Below are positions 24,690-36,281 of a DNA stretch of 64,000 nucleotides, in pieces; position 1 is the stretch's first letter; each line of letters starts with the position of its first letter. Below the pieces are notes generated by a model. It worked only from the letters and a program-made list of their open reading frames with translations. It was not told the DNA's origin and did no database searches. Origin of the DNA: Callorhinchus milii. Lineage: Eukaryota. The DNA is taken from positions 28,212,001 to 28,276,000 of the forward strand of contig NW_024704743.1 of the NCBI RefSeq assembly GCF_018977255.1, in the 5' to 3' direction. A program made the translations under genes and the position numbers.

Positions 24690-26000
24690 TTAGGCAGAAC
24701 CCGGAGAGGAATTGCCATGAGTGCCATCCTCCCACCTCTGCTCCAGCCCCACCACCACACCACGTTAATCATGCCCCGCTGACTCATCGCTCGCTCAGTC
24801 TTGGTGTGCCTGACCCTACCATCCCCCAACATGCCCCCTCTCCTGTCCCGCATCCTTCACTTCTCCCGCTCACCCCTCTTCTCCTACTGTCCTCCCCGCT
24901 TTCTCTCCTGGACCCACCCACAGCTTCAGCCTTGGAATCCTCCCCTGGGCTCATCGCAGCACATGCTGTTGGCTGTCCAACAACAGCTACCCTGACTGCC
25001 CCATCCTCCATTTTCACTGCAAGCCACATTGGTCCCAACCCCTGGGAGTGAACCTCTCCTCTCTCGTTCACATTCTCACCCTTCCTGCCAATCTTCCTCC
25101 CACCCCTCCACCTGTAAACTCCTCTGCTGTCTGTCCCCTCTGCATCGCCCTTCAAAATGTCCGCTCCCTATCTAATAAACCCCTCACTCATTGCGGACGA
25201 AAATACACATCCTTGCTCTCACTGAAACCTGGATCACTCCAGATGACATCTTTCCTCTTACTGAGGCCATGCCATCTGGCTATACCTTCCATCATGCCCT
25301 GTGACCCAACCATGGTGGTGGTGGTGTGGCCTTCATCTCCAGGTCCTCACTGGGTCTACTCCTCTGGATCCTTCTCCTCATTTGAGCACCTCACTCTCTA
25401 CCCTACCCCCAATCTCTTCTTAAAAATGCTACTCATCTATCGTCCCCACAAACCTTCATCCACTTTCCTCTCTGATATCTCCACCCTCCTGTCTTCCCCC
25501 TGCGTCTGTTCTGAATGCTTCATCATCTTGGGCATCTTTAACCTCCACTTCACCCCTTCTTGCTCCATATCTGCTGACTTCTCCTCCCTCCTCTCTTCTT
25601 CTCTCACAACCTCTCCCTCCCCATCAACTCAGCCACTCACATCCACGGACACCCCTAGACCTCGTGTCATCCAGGGCCTTACCACCTCTGATGTCACCAT
25701 CACTGACAAAGACATTTCAGATCTCTATTTCATCTCTCTTAATTCCTCCATCCCCCTCCCTGCCAACGACCCAATTGTAGTTCCTATCGCACCTGGAGAA
25801 AAATCCTCCTCCATTCCCTTTATGCTGCACAGGAGGCATCTGAAGTCCTACCCCTCTGGTCCTTCTCCTGCAATGACCTACCCTACTTGGTCACCCTCCT
25901 AAACAACTTCCTCTTGGTGATCCTGGACACACTTGCCACTGTCATCTACCGCACCATCTCCCAATCACACAAATCTGACAAATGACATTCTGTCCACCTG
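24690..26000 (+). mobile_element. L2 LINE 5' region with a degraded APE endonuclease domain
   Basis: Motifs LQNVRSL, LTETW (frameshifted), GGGVA, SFEHL, LIYRP and IILG(I)FNLH appear in APE order; strongly C/T-rich sense strand. Confidence 0.85.
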
Positions 26001-26022
26001 CAATCAGGGCTCTCTCTGTTTC

Positions 26023-26265
26023 AATAACAACAACAACAAAATTACATTTATAGAGCACCTTTCATGTTGGAAGGACGTCCCAAAGCACTGAACAGTCAGG
26101 TGTCGGGGCCCGAGCATGGGGGAGGGTGGTGTAGGGGTGAGGGAAGGCAGAGAGATGGAAGGAAGACCAAAAGCACGGTCGAAAAGAAGGGTCTTGAGAC
26201 CGTCCTTGAAGGATGCAAGGGAGGAAGCGTGGCGAAGGGACCGTGGGATGAAGTTCCAGAGCATG
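26023..26265 (-). mobile_element. L2 LINE 3' end
   Basis: WNFIPRSLRHASSLASFKDGLKTLLF plus (caa)n tail; very similar to 29349-29570. Confidence 0.9.
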
Positions 26266-27259
26266 TCCTCCAACAGGAGTCCTCCCAGATGAGTGTAGAT
26301 AAAGATGAAATGTCTATCTGTGTGTCAACCTACATTCCATATTGGATCCTTTGGTTGCAAATGTAGCTGAAATGGGTACAGCTAATTTTAAACTGATTGC
26401 TGTTATTCTTGGAAAAAATACCCAATCCATCTGTGGGTTTTCGTTGAGGATCTGGAAAATCTCAGTGCTATTTTAAAATTTTGAGCGAGTTACAGGGAGT
26501 CCTGTATGATGATCTTTCAATTCTTTTGATATGTACACAATGTTCAATAACTTCATATTTGGCAGCTTCTACAACTCACCCAAGTATTTTCACTTGAAGT
26601 TCATGCGCTGGTAAATCAAGGATCTAACACGCACACCCTTGCAGTGAGATATCTTACTAGTTCCAATTTAACTCCAGGTAGTTAGAAATTAGAAACTGGA
26701 ATGTTATTGTGGTGCAGAGATACACTCTTCAGCTGACACCTGGCTGATACTCCAACAATGATTTCATCCTGAAATCATCCTGGCCATCCTGAGTTTGGCA
26801 AGATGTGCACATCCATTACTGATGTTACATTTGCAGCTTTAAAATTAAAAATAGCTTTAAAGTTACTTAAAATACTCCAGCCCTGTTCTTATTAATTGTT
26901 CCATGCCACCCTGAACAGATTTTACTATTTTGTGGTTGCCAGAGCACAGATGACAATCAGTATTTGAATCATTGAGCCCCAAGTTGGGACTTAGAATCAG
27001 ATAGTCTAAACTGACACTCCAATGCAGTGCTGGGGATGTGTTGATGTTGATCCAGCCAACTGTGTGCCTGCATTTTTAGCACAGAAGTCTCACTGGCAAC
27101 TTTTATGGTCCTCCTCCCCCTTTCCCTTCTTTTCTCAGAGTCCAGTAGCATCACTGTAAAGCTCTCGAGATGTTATCTTACATGAACAACAACAACAAAA
27201 ATGACATTTATAGAGCGCCTTTCACGTCGAAAGAACGTCCCAAAGTGCATGAAGGCATT

Positions 27260-27620
27260 TCCTGTAGCTCAGTGGTTGGAGCACATGCCTTACAAGTGAG
27301 AGGACCTGGGTTCGATTCCCGGCAGGGCAAAGTATTCAGCAAGTTTCCTTAACTCACACGCCTCTGTTTACCTAGCAGTAAGTAGGAACCCACTTATTAG
27401 TCGATTGGAGGATTGCTTTTCCAGAGGTAATAATTCCTTTAAAAAAATGTGGTCACTCAATCCATGACTGTTTTTGGGACACTGCTCTGCACAATTGGCT
27501 GCCGAGCTTCGCCTATAAAATATACAGTCAATTCACTGTACAGTATATCCTGTGAAGCGCTTTGAGACGTCCCAAAGACGTGATAAGGTGCTATATCAAA
27601 TGCAAGGATTATTATTATTA
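27260..27620 (+). mobile_element. Young SINE, full length, long subfamily
   Basis: Head tcctgtagctcagtgg, internal ctgtttacctagcagtaagtaggaac, (att)n tail. Confidence 0.92.
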
Positions 27621-28364
27621 ATTATATAAATGAATTATATATAAGTTACTCTTGTCCTGAAGACACCAGAGAATGAGCCTATCAGGACAATCATTCAACC
27701 TGACAACTGGCTGACCTTTTAAAGGCACGATTAAATTGAACTAGTATTGGGTCTAATTTGCGAGATGTGTAAATGCATGTGTAAAGAGGGATATACAGGT
27801 GTGCTTAATTATCTGCTTAACAACCGATGAAAAATATTACAGGCGATTCACCAGATCCCACAATAAGCCATGACATAAATGAACATTTTTCTAGAGGATT
27901 GTTGGCTAAATGCAACTATTGTACTATTCTCTAAATTCTCATGCATTTTAGAGAAAAAAAGATGCCGATTGCTTTATTTTTGAAAATATATATTTATTTA
28001 TAGATATAATATTTGCTGCAACAGAAATCCAAAACTAACACAACATACAACATCGTCTGTTACAATTTTTTTCCCTTTCTCCCGATACAAAAAACATTCC
28101 ATTGTTTACGGTACATTCCTTCACCGCACATAGATTGCGCACACGTTTTTTCGGAAGCTCCCTTTGAAACGGGTAATGCAGCACTCCCTCAATACTGCAC
28201 AGCTAGATTGTGAGCTCAAAGTCTTGATATAGTCAGGCTGACATGCTCCATCTATTTACATACATTTAGAGAAAAATAAATGTCAGTTGCATAATGGCAT
28301 CAGAGGAAATTGTGCAGCAATAGTATTTTAAGAAATGCTTTGGATCTTGGTTGCATGAGGCTTT

Positions 28365-28890
28365 GTTTTGGTCAGCTGGGTGTCTGACACATATGGAAAT
28401 CCAGCACCATGCTTAAGAGTATCCAAACCAAACTGAGAGTTCCATACATCCCATCTACACATGGATATACCTGAGGTATGTATTGGAATGGAATGTGCAC
28501 TCTCTCCCTGGAGGGATGCATCCTGCTTGCCTAATTTCGTAGAGTATTAGGTGTGGCCTGGCAAGAGTCAGGACTTGGAGATCCAGAGTGTGCCTTGGGG
28601 TGCTGCTGGAGTTTAACCAGTTGAAACCAAATAGCTTGCCATAAGAGCACTGCCTGTCAAGCTTTCACGCTGCTTGTCCAGCTAGGACCACCCTACCTGT
28701 TAGGGTTTGGCTTGCAGGGTTAACAAGAGTGTAGTGGGATGACTCCCTTCCCCCAGTGACTGGTCTGTCCTTCCAGGCTGGGTGGGCTGTCATCAGCAGT
28801 GCCCTGGAGTACCACAGACCTGTCTGCCTCAGGAACTAGACTAAAAACACCACCACAGAGGGTGGACCTGATTCTGACATCTTGTTGGCT
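28365..28890 (-). repeat. Unclassified ~600-bp repeat, copy 2
   Basis: Reverse complement of the 10071-10690 family. Confidence 0.85.
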
Positions 28891-29348
28891 TGATCTCTAA
28901 TATAAGATTTTAGTTATTTATATTTTATAATGATTTTTGTAAATCTCACTTGAAATACCCGAGGAGTACTGCCTACGTGTTTTAAAAAGAATTGATCCAT
29001 CATGCTATCGTTTAAGAAGACACAGCTTGCTTACTCTGGTCAGTTGTTATAGCACAGCATTAACTTAACAAACGTGAAATGATTTCAAAATGCTGAGAAA
29101 TCGAGGCCCTAGGGAACTGCTGACTTAGTCAATATATTAACTCATCAATGTGATCTGGTTAATCATTTATAAATATAAACAGATGTAGATATTTTAATCT
29201 CCCACAGGTACATCCTAATCTGCATACAGCAATGTCCCACAAAGAGCCATGAAGTAAATGATCAATTTTATATGGGGGATTGTTGGTCAGGATGTTCTCT
29301 TTATAAACAGTGCCATGGGAACAGGAGATCAGTTTCAAGTTTCATCTG

Positions 29349-31007
29349 AACAACAACAACAAAATTACACTTATAGAGCACCTTTCACATCAGGAGGACA
29401 TCCCAAAGCGCTGAAAAGTCAGGTGTCGGGGCCCGAACATGGGGGAGGGGTGGTGTAAGGGTGAGGGAAGGCAGAGAGGTGGAGGGAGACCAAAGGCACA
29501 GTCGAGAGACCGGCCTTGAAGGAGGTAAGGGAGGAAGCGAGGCGAAGAGACCGTGGGATGGAATTCCAGTGTGTGGGGGCAGAGAGGCTGAAAGCCCGGC
29601 CACCGATGGTAGGGCGGGTCGGGCGGGAGACGTGGAGCAGACCGGAGCCTGATGAATGGAGGAAGTGGACAGATTGGTAGAGAGTCAGCAGGTTAGAGAG
29701 GAAGGAGGGGGCAAGGCATAAAGTGAGGACGAGAATCTTGAACTCAACCCTCTGGGGGATGGGGAGCCAGTGAAGTCGGGGGGGGGGGGGGGGGGGGTGG
29801 GAGTGATGGGGTCGCAGAGCCTGGTGCGCAAGAGTACACGAGCTGCAGAGTTTGGATGATCTGCAGCTTGTGGAGGGAAGAGTTGGGAAGGCCGGTTCCG
29901 AAAGGTTCCTGACTGGCTTAGTGAGGTTGAGTGTGCAGCCGTAGAGGCTGATGCTGCCAGCCCCTGAGGTGCGGAGGCGCTGGCGCGAGCCAATCAGGAG
30001 GGCCTCGGTCTTGCTGACGTTGAGTTGGAGAAAGTTGTCCGTCGTCCAGGACTTGATGTCGGACAGGCAGTTGGTCAGGACACCAGTAGTCCCGGAGTTG
30101 AGGGTGGAGGCAGAGAGATATAGTTGGGTGTCATCGGCATACATGTGGAAATTTACCCCATGACTGTGGATGACGTCACCAAGGGGGAGCATGTAGAGGG
30201 TGAAGAGGAAGGGACCGAGGACAGGGCCCTGAGGAATACCGGATGAGACAGTGCGGGGGCTGGAGGAGAAACCGTTTGCCACGATGAAGTGGAGGCGGTG
30301 TGAAAGGTAGGACCTGAACCAGTCAAGGGCAGAACCTTGAAGGTTGAGGTGGGAGGAGAGGTGGTGTAGGAGGATTGAGTGGTCCACTGTGTCAAAGGTG
30401 GTGGAGAGGTCGAGGAGGACAAGGAGACAGAGGGAGCCCTGGTCACAAATGGTCAGGATGTCATTTTTGACCTTGACCAGAGCAGTTTCCGTGCTGTGGG
30501 CAGCACAGAAATCCGATTGGAGGGGTTCATGGAGGGAGTGGGAGGAGAGGAAAGAGCGAAGCTGGGAGGCAACAGCTCTCTCAAGGACCTTGGATAGGAA
30601 AGGGAGGTTTGAGATGGGCCGGTAGATAGATAGCGGTGATAATAATAATAATAATAATAATAATCTTTTCATTTGATATAGCACTTTTCATGTCTTCTAG
30701 ACGTCTCAAAGCACTTCACTGAGTATACTGTAAAGTGAATTGACTGTATATTTGTGGGCGAAATGCGGCAGCCAATTGCGCACAGCAGTGTCCCACAAAC
30801 AGTTGTGGACTGAGTGTCCAAATTATTATTGTTTTGTTTTTTGGAGGGATTATTATAAGGCATGTAGAGTAAGGAAACTTGCCCAAGGTTTCACCCTGCC
30901 TGGAATTGAACCCAGGTGTCTCGCTTGCAAGGTGAGTGCTCTAACCACTGAGCCACAGGACTACTGTGATGGGTCAAGGGAAGGTTTCTTCAAGGAAGGG
31001 GTGATAT
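29349..31007 (-). mobile_element. L2-clade LINE, 5'-truncated, with reverse transcriptase region; interrupted by a SINE at 30640-30962
   Basis: ORF 29419-30684 has YRPISNLPFLSK, LLDLSTTFDTVDH, GIPQGPVLGP, YADDTQLY and LHWLP; L2 sequence ITPSLKKPSLDPS resumes beyond the SINE (30963-31007); internal deletions, non-functional. Confidence 0.95.
30640..30962 (-). mobile_element. Young SINE nested inside the L2
   Basis: Full SINE flanked by the imperfect duplication tagcggtgat / ctactgtgat. Confidence 0.92.
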
Positions 31008-31208
31008 ATTAAATGAAAATGTATCATTATTTGCTTACACGTTAATTTTGAAATAAAATCTTAATTTGTATGATTACAGAAGTTAATCACCCGCCTCTTT
31101 GATTGAATTTTAAAAAATCTTAAGACCACAGCAAACAAATACAAATAGATAGAATATTTCTAACGACAAATGCATCATGAAGATCAATTTTTATTTTTTC
31201 CTTTGTAG

Positions 31209-32760
31209 GAGGATCTTGTCCTCAAAGACAACTTGTCCTGACAACCTGCTTCTCGAGAGCCACTGCATCATCTATAGAGAGGAAAACATTCATATTGGAC
31301 TGTGTGTGGTGTTTCAATACAGCAGACATATCACTTGAAAAAGCTCCTGCCTTCCAAGAGTTTCTACACAATTACACAAAACAGGAAGGGACTATTCCAT
31401 CACCTTCACAGCTTCTTAATACATACTTGAAGGGGTTTATTCCTGAGCATGAAGCATTTTTGAAGAAATATGTTGAGGACACTGATGTGTACTTGTTCCT
31501 GGATGAGACCCGGATTCCAGTGGACGCAGTGTTCTGGCAGTGCTGGCACAGCCACTGCAGAAAGTTGGGGTGAAGCCTCTTCTTATTGAAGTAGAATTGT
31601 TGCAGCGAGTTAAGCATGCCACTGTGTCACAAGCTCTTCTAAGTGTCTTAAATGTAAAAATGGTTAACTTTGATAAAGTGCTTACAGTTGCCACAGACAA
31701 TGCAAGCTACATGATCAAAGCATCTAACACAATTCCGTTGGAATTGTTTCCTAACTAAATACGTATCACATGTACTGCCCATCTTCTGAACTTGATTTTG
31801 GAAATTTGGCTTGTTATATTGGAGGACTTAAACACAGTGGCTGCTATGGTCAAGAAAGTCTTCTGCCAAAGTTCAATGCGCTGGCATCAGTACTTGGAAT
31901 TTATGGGAGACGAAGGATGGAGAAGAAGGACGAAATTAAACCACAGATACCCGTCTTTGCTGTTCAGATGCTTTGATGCTCCTGGGTATAGGCTGTTGAA
32001 TATTTGTATGGGTACTTGCCTGCCTTGGCAGAATTTCTTTAAGGAATTGCATCAGAGGCCTTACCAGTGAAAAAACTGAAAACTCTTCTTGAGCAATAAT
32101 GCTGCAGAGTTACACGCCTAAGCAATCTTTGTCACAGAGCATTCATCTGAGCTCACAAAAATCATTGAAGAATTTTGCCGGACAAAAGCTGTGCCTCAGG
32201 GCCACGATCTGTACTTACGGGTGCAAAATTTACATTTGTTTATTGATTTCTGTGCCATTGTTGGAGCACAGGAGTATAGACCAAAGACAGTGAAAAAGTT
32301 GGCCGCTGAGAATGAGAGAGAAGCCTGTCAACCTTTTTCAGATAATCATGCAAGACAGCAGTGAAAAATTGGGACTGCTTCTGAAAAAGCATCCGTTAAT
32401 TGCTACCTATAAAGCAGTTCGTATTTTTGATCCTCACCAGCTAGCAACCAGAAATGCGGAAAAAGACTTATATAGTAATGTGATTCCTGCCCTTTCAACT
32501 ATTTCAAAACATTGAATGACATGCTTACAAAACAGCTGGATAAAATATCCCAGCTAACCACAAAATAGCAGGATGGTGGGGAGCCTAGCCTGAGCCACTT
32601 GTGAAACTTGTTAAAGTTGCAAAAAGGTACACTTGGCTACCAGTGAGCACAGCTGATGTTGAAAGGGCATTTATTCAGACCTCCTGAAAGATAATAAACA
32701 GATAGTCCAACAGAAGAAAATATCAAGATTTTTCTCACGTTAAGATTTAACCAGAAGTAA
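31209..32760 (+). pseudogene. Decayed hAT-superfamily transposase of the CGGBP1-related group
   Basis: QRQLVLTTCF...ERKTFILDCVWCFNTADISLEKAPAFQEFLHNYTKQEGTIPSPSQLLNTYL resembles the CGGBP1 C-terminal domain; then LDET (31502), TDNASYM (31693), CTAH (about 31771), WLPVSTADVERAF (about 32635-32672) and TEENIK...RFNQK* (32760); several frameshifts and stops. Confidence 0.88.
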
Positions 32761-33211
32761 ACTTTTGCTGAGAATTTTTTATTTGTTTCTGTGAGAATTT
32801 CATTTTTTCCCCAATAATCTATGATGTGTTATTTCTTCATATTTAGATTTTTAAAAATTAGAAAAGAGAAAAAATGTAGGTAAGCAGAAAAATGTGGCTC
32901 CCAATAGCACCAGCCCTCCCCAACGCCCTACAAAGTTTGCAAAGCGCTGCGCAATCTTTTGCAAATATTTCCTCACTTTTCAATTGGCCCAGATTATGGC
33001 CCATTGCAAAGCAAAGCTTCTCTGCCCTAATGTGTCATAGACAAGCAACATGTACTAGAGTGCGACCCATCCTTATGTTTCTCTGAAAGAAATTCCTAGG
33101 TTTACTCTAGGAACTGAATGCAGGCTGTCCAAACACCACAGAGGGTGGACCTTACAAATAAAATTGGTCATTCACATCAGAGCTGATTATGAGCAAATTG
33201 GCTGCCTTGTT

Positions 33212-33435
33212 TAATAATAATAATAATAATAATCCTTGTATTTCATATTGTGCCTTATCACATCTTCAAGACATCTCAAAGCGCTTCACAGAATATAATG
33301 TAAAGTGTAGTGACCTGTGTATTTTGTGGGCGAAACACGGCAGCCAATTGCACACAGCAGTGTCCCACAAACAGTCGTCGACTGAGTGACCAAATTATTT
33401 ATTTTTTTGCATTTTTTTTAAAGGGATTATTACCC
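33212..33435 (-). mobile_element. SINE 3' half
   Basis: Same tail and body, head missing. Confidence 0.85.
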
Positions 33436-33699
33436 ACTATTTAACTTGTGAGACCTATCTGTTTTTTTTTCAACAGAATTTACAGCTGAAAGGGTGAAGA
33501 TGAATGTTGAGGGTATTCATTTTAAAAGGACAGTGAAAATCATATAAAATTGGTTTGCCTATAAAATACATAATTACTAGTAAATCTGAAGTACTTTGAG
33601 ATGAACTCTTAACATTGAAAGCCACTATATCAAATGTAAGAATTAGAATTATAATTAAAATCTCAAACCACTTAAAAGTACTTACATTTAACCAGTGAG

Positions 33700-33995
33700 T
33701 GTTTATTGTAAACGAGTCAGACTTTTTGTGCACAGCAATGTCTCAATAATAGCTAGCAAGTGGATGAACTTTGTATCTGGAGGAATGTTGGCACCAAATA
33801 AAATCTGCTTCCCTTTTCAAATATTATAAAGGAATCTTTAACATTCACTTGAACAGACAGATGGGATCTTACCTTCAACAACGCAGGGTTACTGCACTGG
33901 ATGTCAGCCCAGTTTGTGATCTCAAATCCTGACATGAACTTAAAACTGCAATTTTCTGACTCAGAGATTGCTATCAACTGAATCGGGGTGACGTC
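33700..33995 (-). mobile_element. Old Deu-type (SacSINE1/AmnSINE1-like) SINE
   Basis: gcacagcaatgtctcaa...atctttaacattcacttgaacagacagatggg...actgcactgga...gtcagccc...ttctgactcagag. Confidence 0.65.
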
Positions 33996-34179
33996 TAAAG
34001 TCTCAGTGTAGACTTCACTGAAAAATTAATGGAAAAGTTATTTTACTTTCTATCCTTCCTGAAATCTCTCTCATTTACCCGCTCCTCATACCAGTTAGTT
34101 AAAAACAAGTGCTAATCTTTATTCCTAGGCAATAAAAAAAACTGTTCCAATATAAGTTGCATCATTTTAACAAGGGAAT

Positions 34180-34390
34180 AGCTGTTAATCGTTTCCATTA
34201 TTGAAAAAACTAATTGATTTAAACGGAATTATCCGCTGATTCGAAAGCTGCAATTGGATCCAATGGGTAATCTTCCATCTGATAAAATGTATTAATAATT
34301 ATCAAACATTATTTGGTTAATCAGGTGTTTTGCTGACCGGTGTACCTTCAGCAAAGGCTGTGAGTGCTAAAGGTTCAGTATAAATGCATC
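34180..34390 (+). promoter_or_regulatory. SLC6A19 proximal promoter: TATA box, HNF1-like and GATA sites
   Basis: TATAAAT at 34379-34385 (130 nt before the ATG); ATTAATAATTATC at 34291-34303 (11/13 to GTTAATNATTAAC); GTTAAT half-sites at 34184 and 34316; TGATAA at 34280. Confidence 0.6.
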
Positions 34391-34508
34391 TCGTCAGCAT
34401 TAGCACCTTTCATTTGGTTCTGAATATCACCTCCCCCTTGCACCTGTCAGTTCCCAGTTAGAGACAGTGCGTACTTGTGTTGGGTAGTTTATCGCTCCCT
34501 AAGGCACA

Positions 34509-34710
34509 ATGGTGAAACTCAGCTTACCGAACCACGGCTTGGATGATAGAGTTCCCTCCTACGCTGAGCTGGATAAGAGGGAACTGGAAGAAGTGGATGA
34601 AAGACCCAAGTGGGACAACAAGGCCCAGTACATGTTAACATGTGTTGGATTTTGTGTGGGATTAGGAAATGTTTGGCGTTTCCCCTACCTTTGTCAGAGT
34701 CATGGAGGAG
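34509..34710 (+). CDS. SLC6A19: SLC6A19 (B0AT1) exon 1
   Basis: [21 protein letters not shown]...[36 protein letters not shown]; donor gtgagt; 202 nt. Confidence 0.97.
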
Positions 34711-35257
34711 GTGAGTAGCTCAGCATAAATCAGGAATTGTTTTGATAAAGAAGCAAAAGGAAGTATCCCGATAACCTGCTAAGATGTTCTCCATTCACTT
34801 GAAAATGTTTATTTACATTAGACGTTAGACCCAAAGGCGCAAATGTAGTCTATACGTTAGTGTGGCAAATGCATATGCATGTATAATAATTCCAAATTCT
34901 AATCCTTCTAAATGCTTTGACTGTAATTTTGATGTGCTTCTCTCAGAATTCAATATGCTTAGATGTAAAGCAAACGGTTTCGGTTTGTGTGATATCACAA
35001 TCTGTTACAGTATCGGAAAGGGGCACCTGGTGATCTGCATCAATGGAGCTACATAATATCTCTCAAATCATTTGTGATTCGGTTGTCATTATACTAGTTA
35101 GGATGATGTAGAATCTATTGCAAAAATACTTTTCATGGTATGGTCTTAAAAGAAACCTAAATTAAATTTAATATATCCTATCAATTGAACACCGCAGCGA
35201 TATCTAGATGGGTGTGTTTTGCAATAAAGTTTTAATCTATGTTCCAAAGTAAAGTGT

Positions 35258-35403
35258 CCGATACGAGGACGATGACAGATGGAGAGTTTGACAGGGGCAG
35301 TACACTCGTCAAACTGTAACGCAGGTATCCTAAGGCGAGCTCAGGGAGGACAGAAACCTCCCATGCAGCAGAATGGCAAAAGCTCGCTTGAGTTTGATTT
35401 CCA
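35258..35403 (+). pseudogene. Diverged 28S rRNA fragment (domain V, P-loop region) in intron 1
   Basis: gagtttgacaggggcagtacactcgtcaaactgtaacgcaggtatcctaaggcgagctcagggaggacagaaacctcc...gcaaaagctcgcttga versus 28S GAGTTTGACTGGGGCGGTACACCTGTCAAACGGTAACGCAGGTGTCCTAAGGCGAGCTCAGGGAGGACAGAAACCTCC. Confidence 0.93.
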
Positions 35404-35547
35404 CTCACCGGAAGACTAGTGCTTATATTGTTTTATGTGTGATAGAATAAACCAGAGATGTGGTCACATAAAAGTCATCTGATGCAAATTTTAAAGCAAT
35501 TGATAATCAAGAAAAAATTGGCCACTAATTATTGGATTGCTTAGAGA

Positions 35548-35610
35548 AGGGTGATCCAACCTTTTGGCTTCTGATGACTGGATGCCCTATTTGAGAAATG
35601 TCCGTGAGCA
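35548..35610 (-). mobile_element. Partial copy (one end) of the hAT MITE at 58256-58420
   Basis: agggtgatccaaccttttggcttctgatgactggat...gaaatgtccgtgagc is the diverged reverse complement of the MITE right end. Confidence 0.75.
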
Positions 35611-35642
35611 GCATAAGCAATATTTTTGTATGTCCTTTCCAG

Positions 35643-35935
35643 AAACATAAGATAACAATTTACATAGCGCCTTTATCATGTCGGAGGGACGTCTCAAAGT
35701 GTTCATCACTGCTGGCTGGCAACCAGAACTGGGACTGGGAGCTGAGGGAGGTGGGTGGAGAGGGGAAAAAAAGCACGGTCAAAGAGTTGAACCTTGACAT
35801 GTCTTGAAAGAGGGGAGGGAGCTCCAGAGAGCGGGGCCAAAATGGCAATGGTGAGGCAGATGGGGTGGGAGGAAATAAAGCAAGTTAGTGTTTGCTGAGC
35901 AAAGGGACCAGCTGGATCGGGAGGTTGCAGAGATA
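35643..35935 (-). mobile_element. L2 LINE 3' end, decayed
   Basis: Tail atttacatagcgcctttatcatgtcggagggacgtctcaaagtg; G-rich body. Confidence 0.7.
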
Positions 35936-36210
35936 GGGTGGGGAAGTGGAAATGAAGGCAACAACGAGTTTCTCACTGAGGAAAGGAAAGCTTTCTGTGA
36001 GGAAACTGCAAGTCACGTCGCACAGTGCCTGTCCTCGGATCCCCCCACCCCCATCCCCACCCCAGCAGCAGGCAATGGAGGCTCCGTTCATCGGTCCTGA
36101 CAGTGAATCATGAAACACTGCCCTCACTTCATCTCTCTCCCTGCTCTCTATCTCTCTCTCTCTCTCAATCTCTCTCCCTCTCCCCTTCGCAGTCAATCTC
36201 TCTCTGGAGT

Positions 36211-36281
36211 GAGCAGCCCCTTATCACAATGAATACTCTACTTAGAAAGAGCAGCCCCTTATCACAATGAATACTCTACTT
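36211..36281. repeat. Perfect 33-bp tandem duplication (period 38) next to a (CT)n tract
   Basis: gagcagccccttatcacaatgaatactctactt at 36211 and 36249. Confidence 0.95.

Noticed and set aside
29419..30684. 421-aa ORF as an active reverse transcriptase gene
   Set aside because: Its start lies in a SINE tail, it lacks the endonuclease, and it has internal deletions and a poly-G tract; a dead L2 copy.
30638..30962. SINE-LINE template-switch chimera
   Set aside because: L2 sequence continues on the far side of the SINE with a target duplication, so it is a nested insertion.
36211..36281. CRISPR-like 33-bp direct repeat
   Set aside because: Only two copies, a 5-bp spacer, eukaryotic intron, no cas genes.
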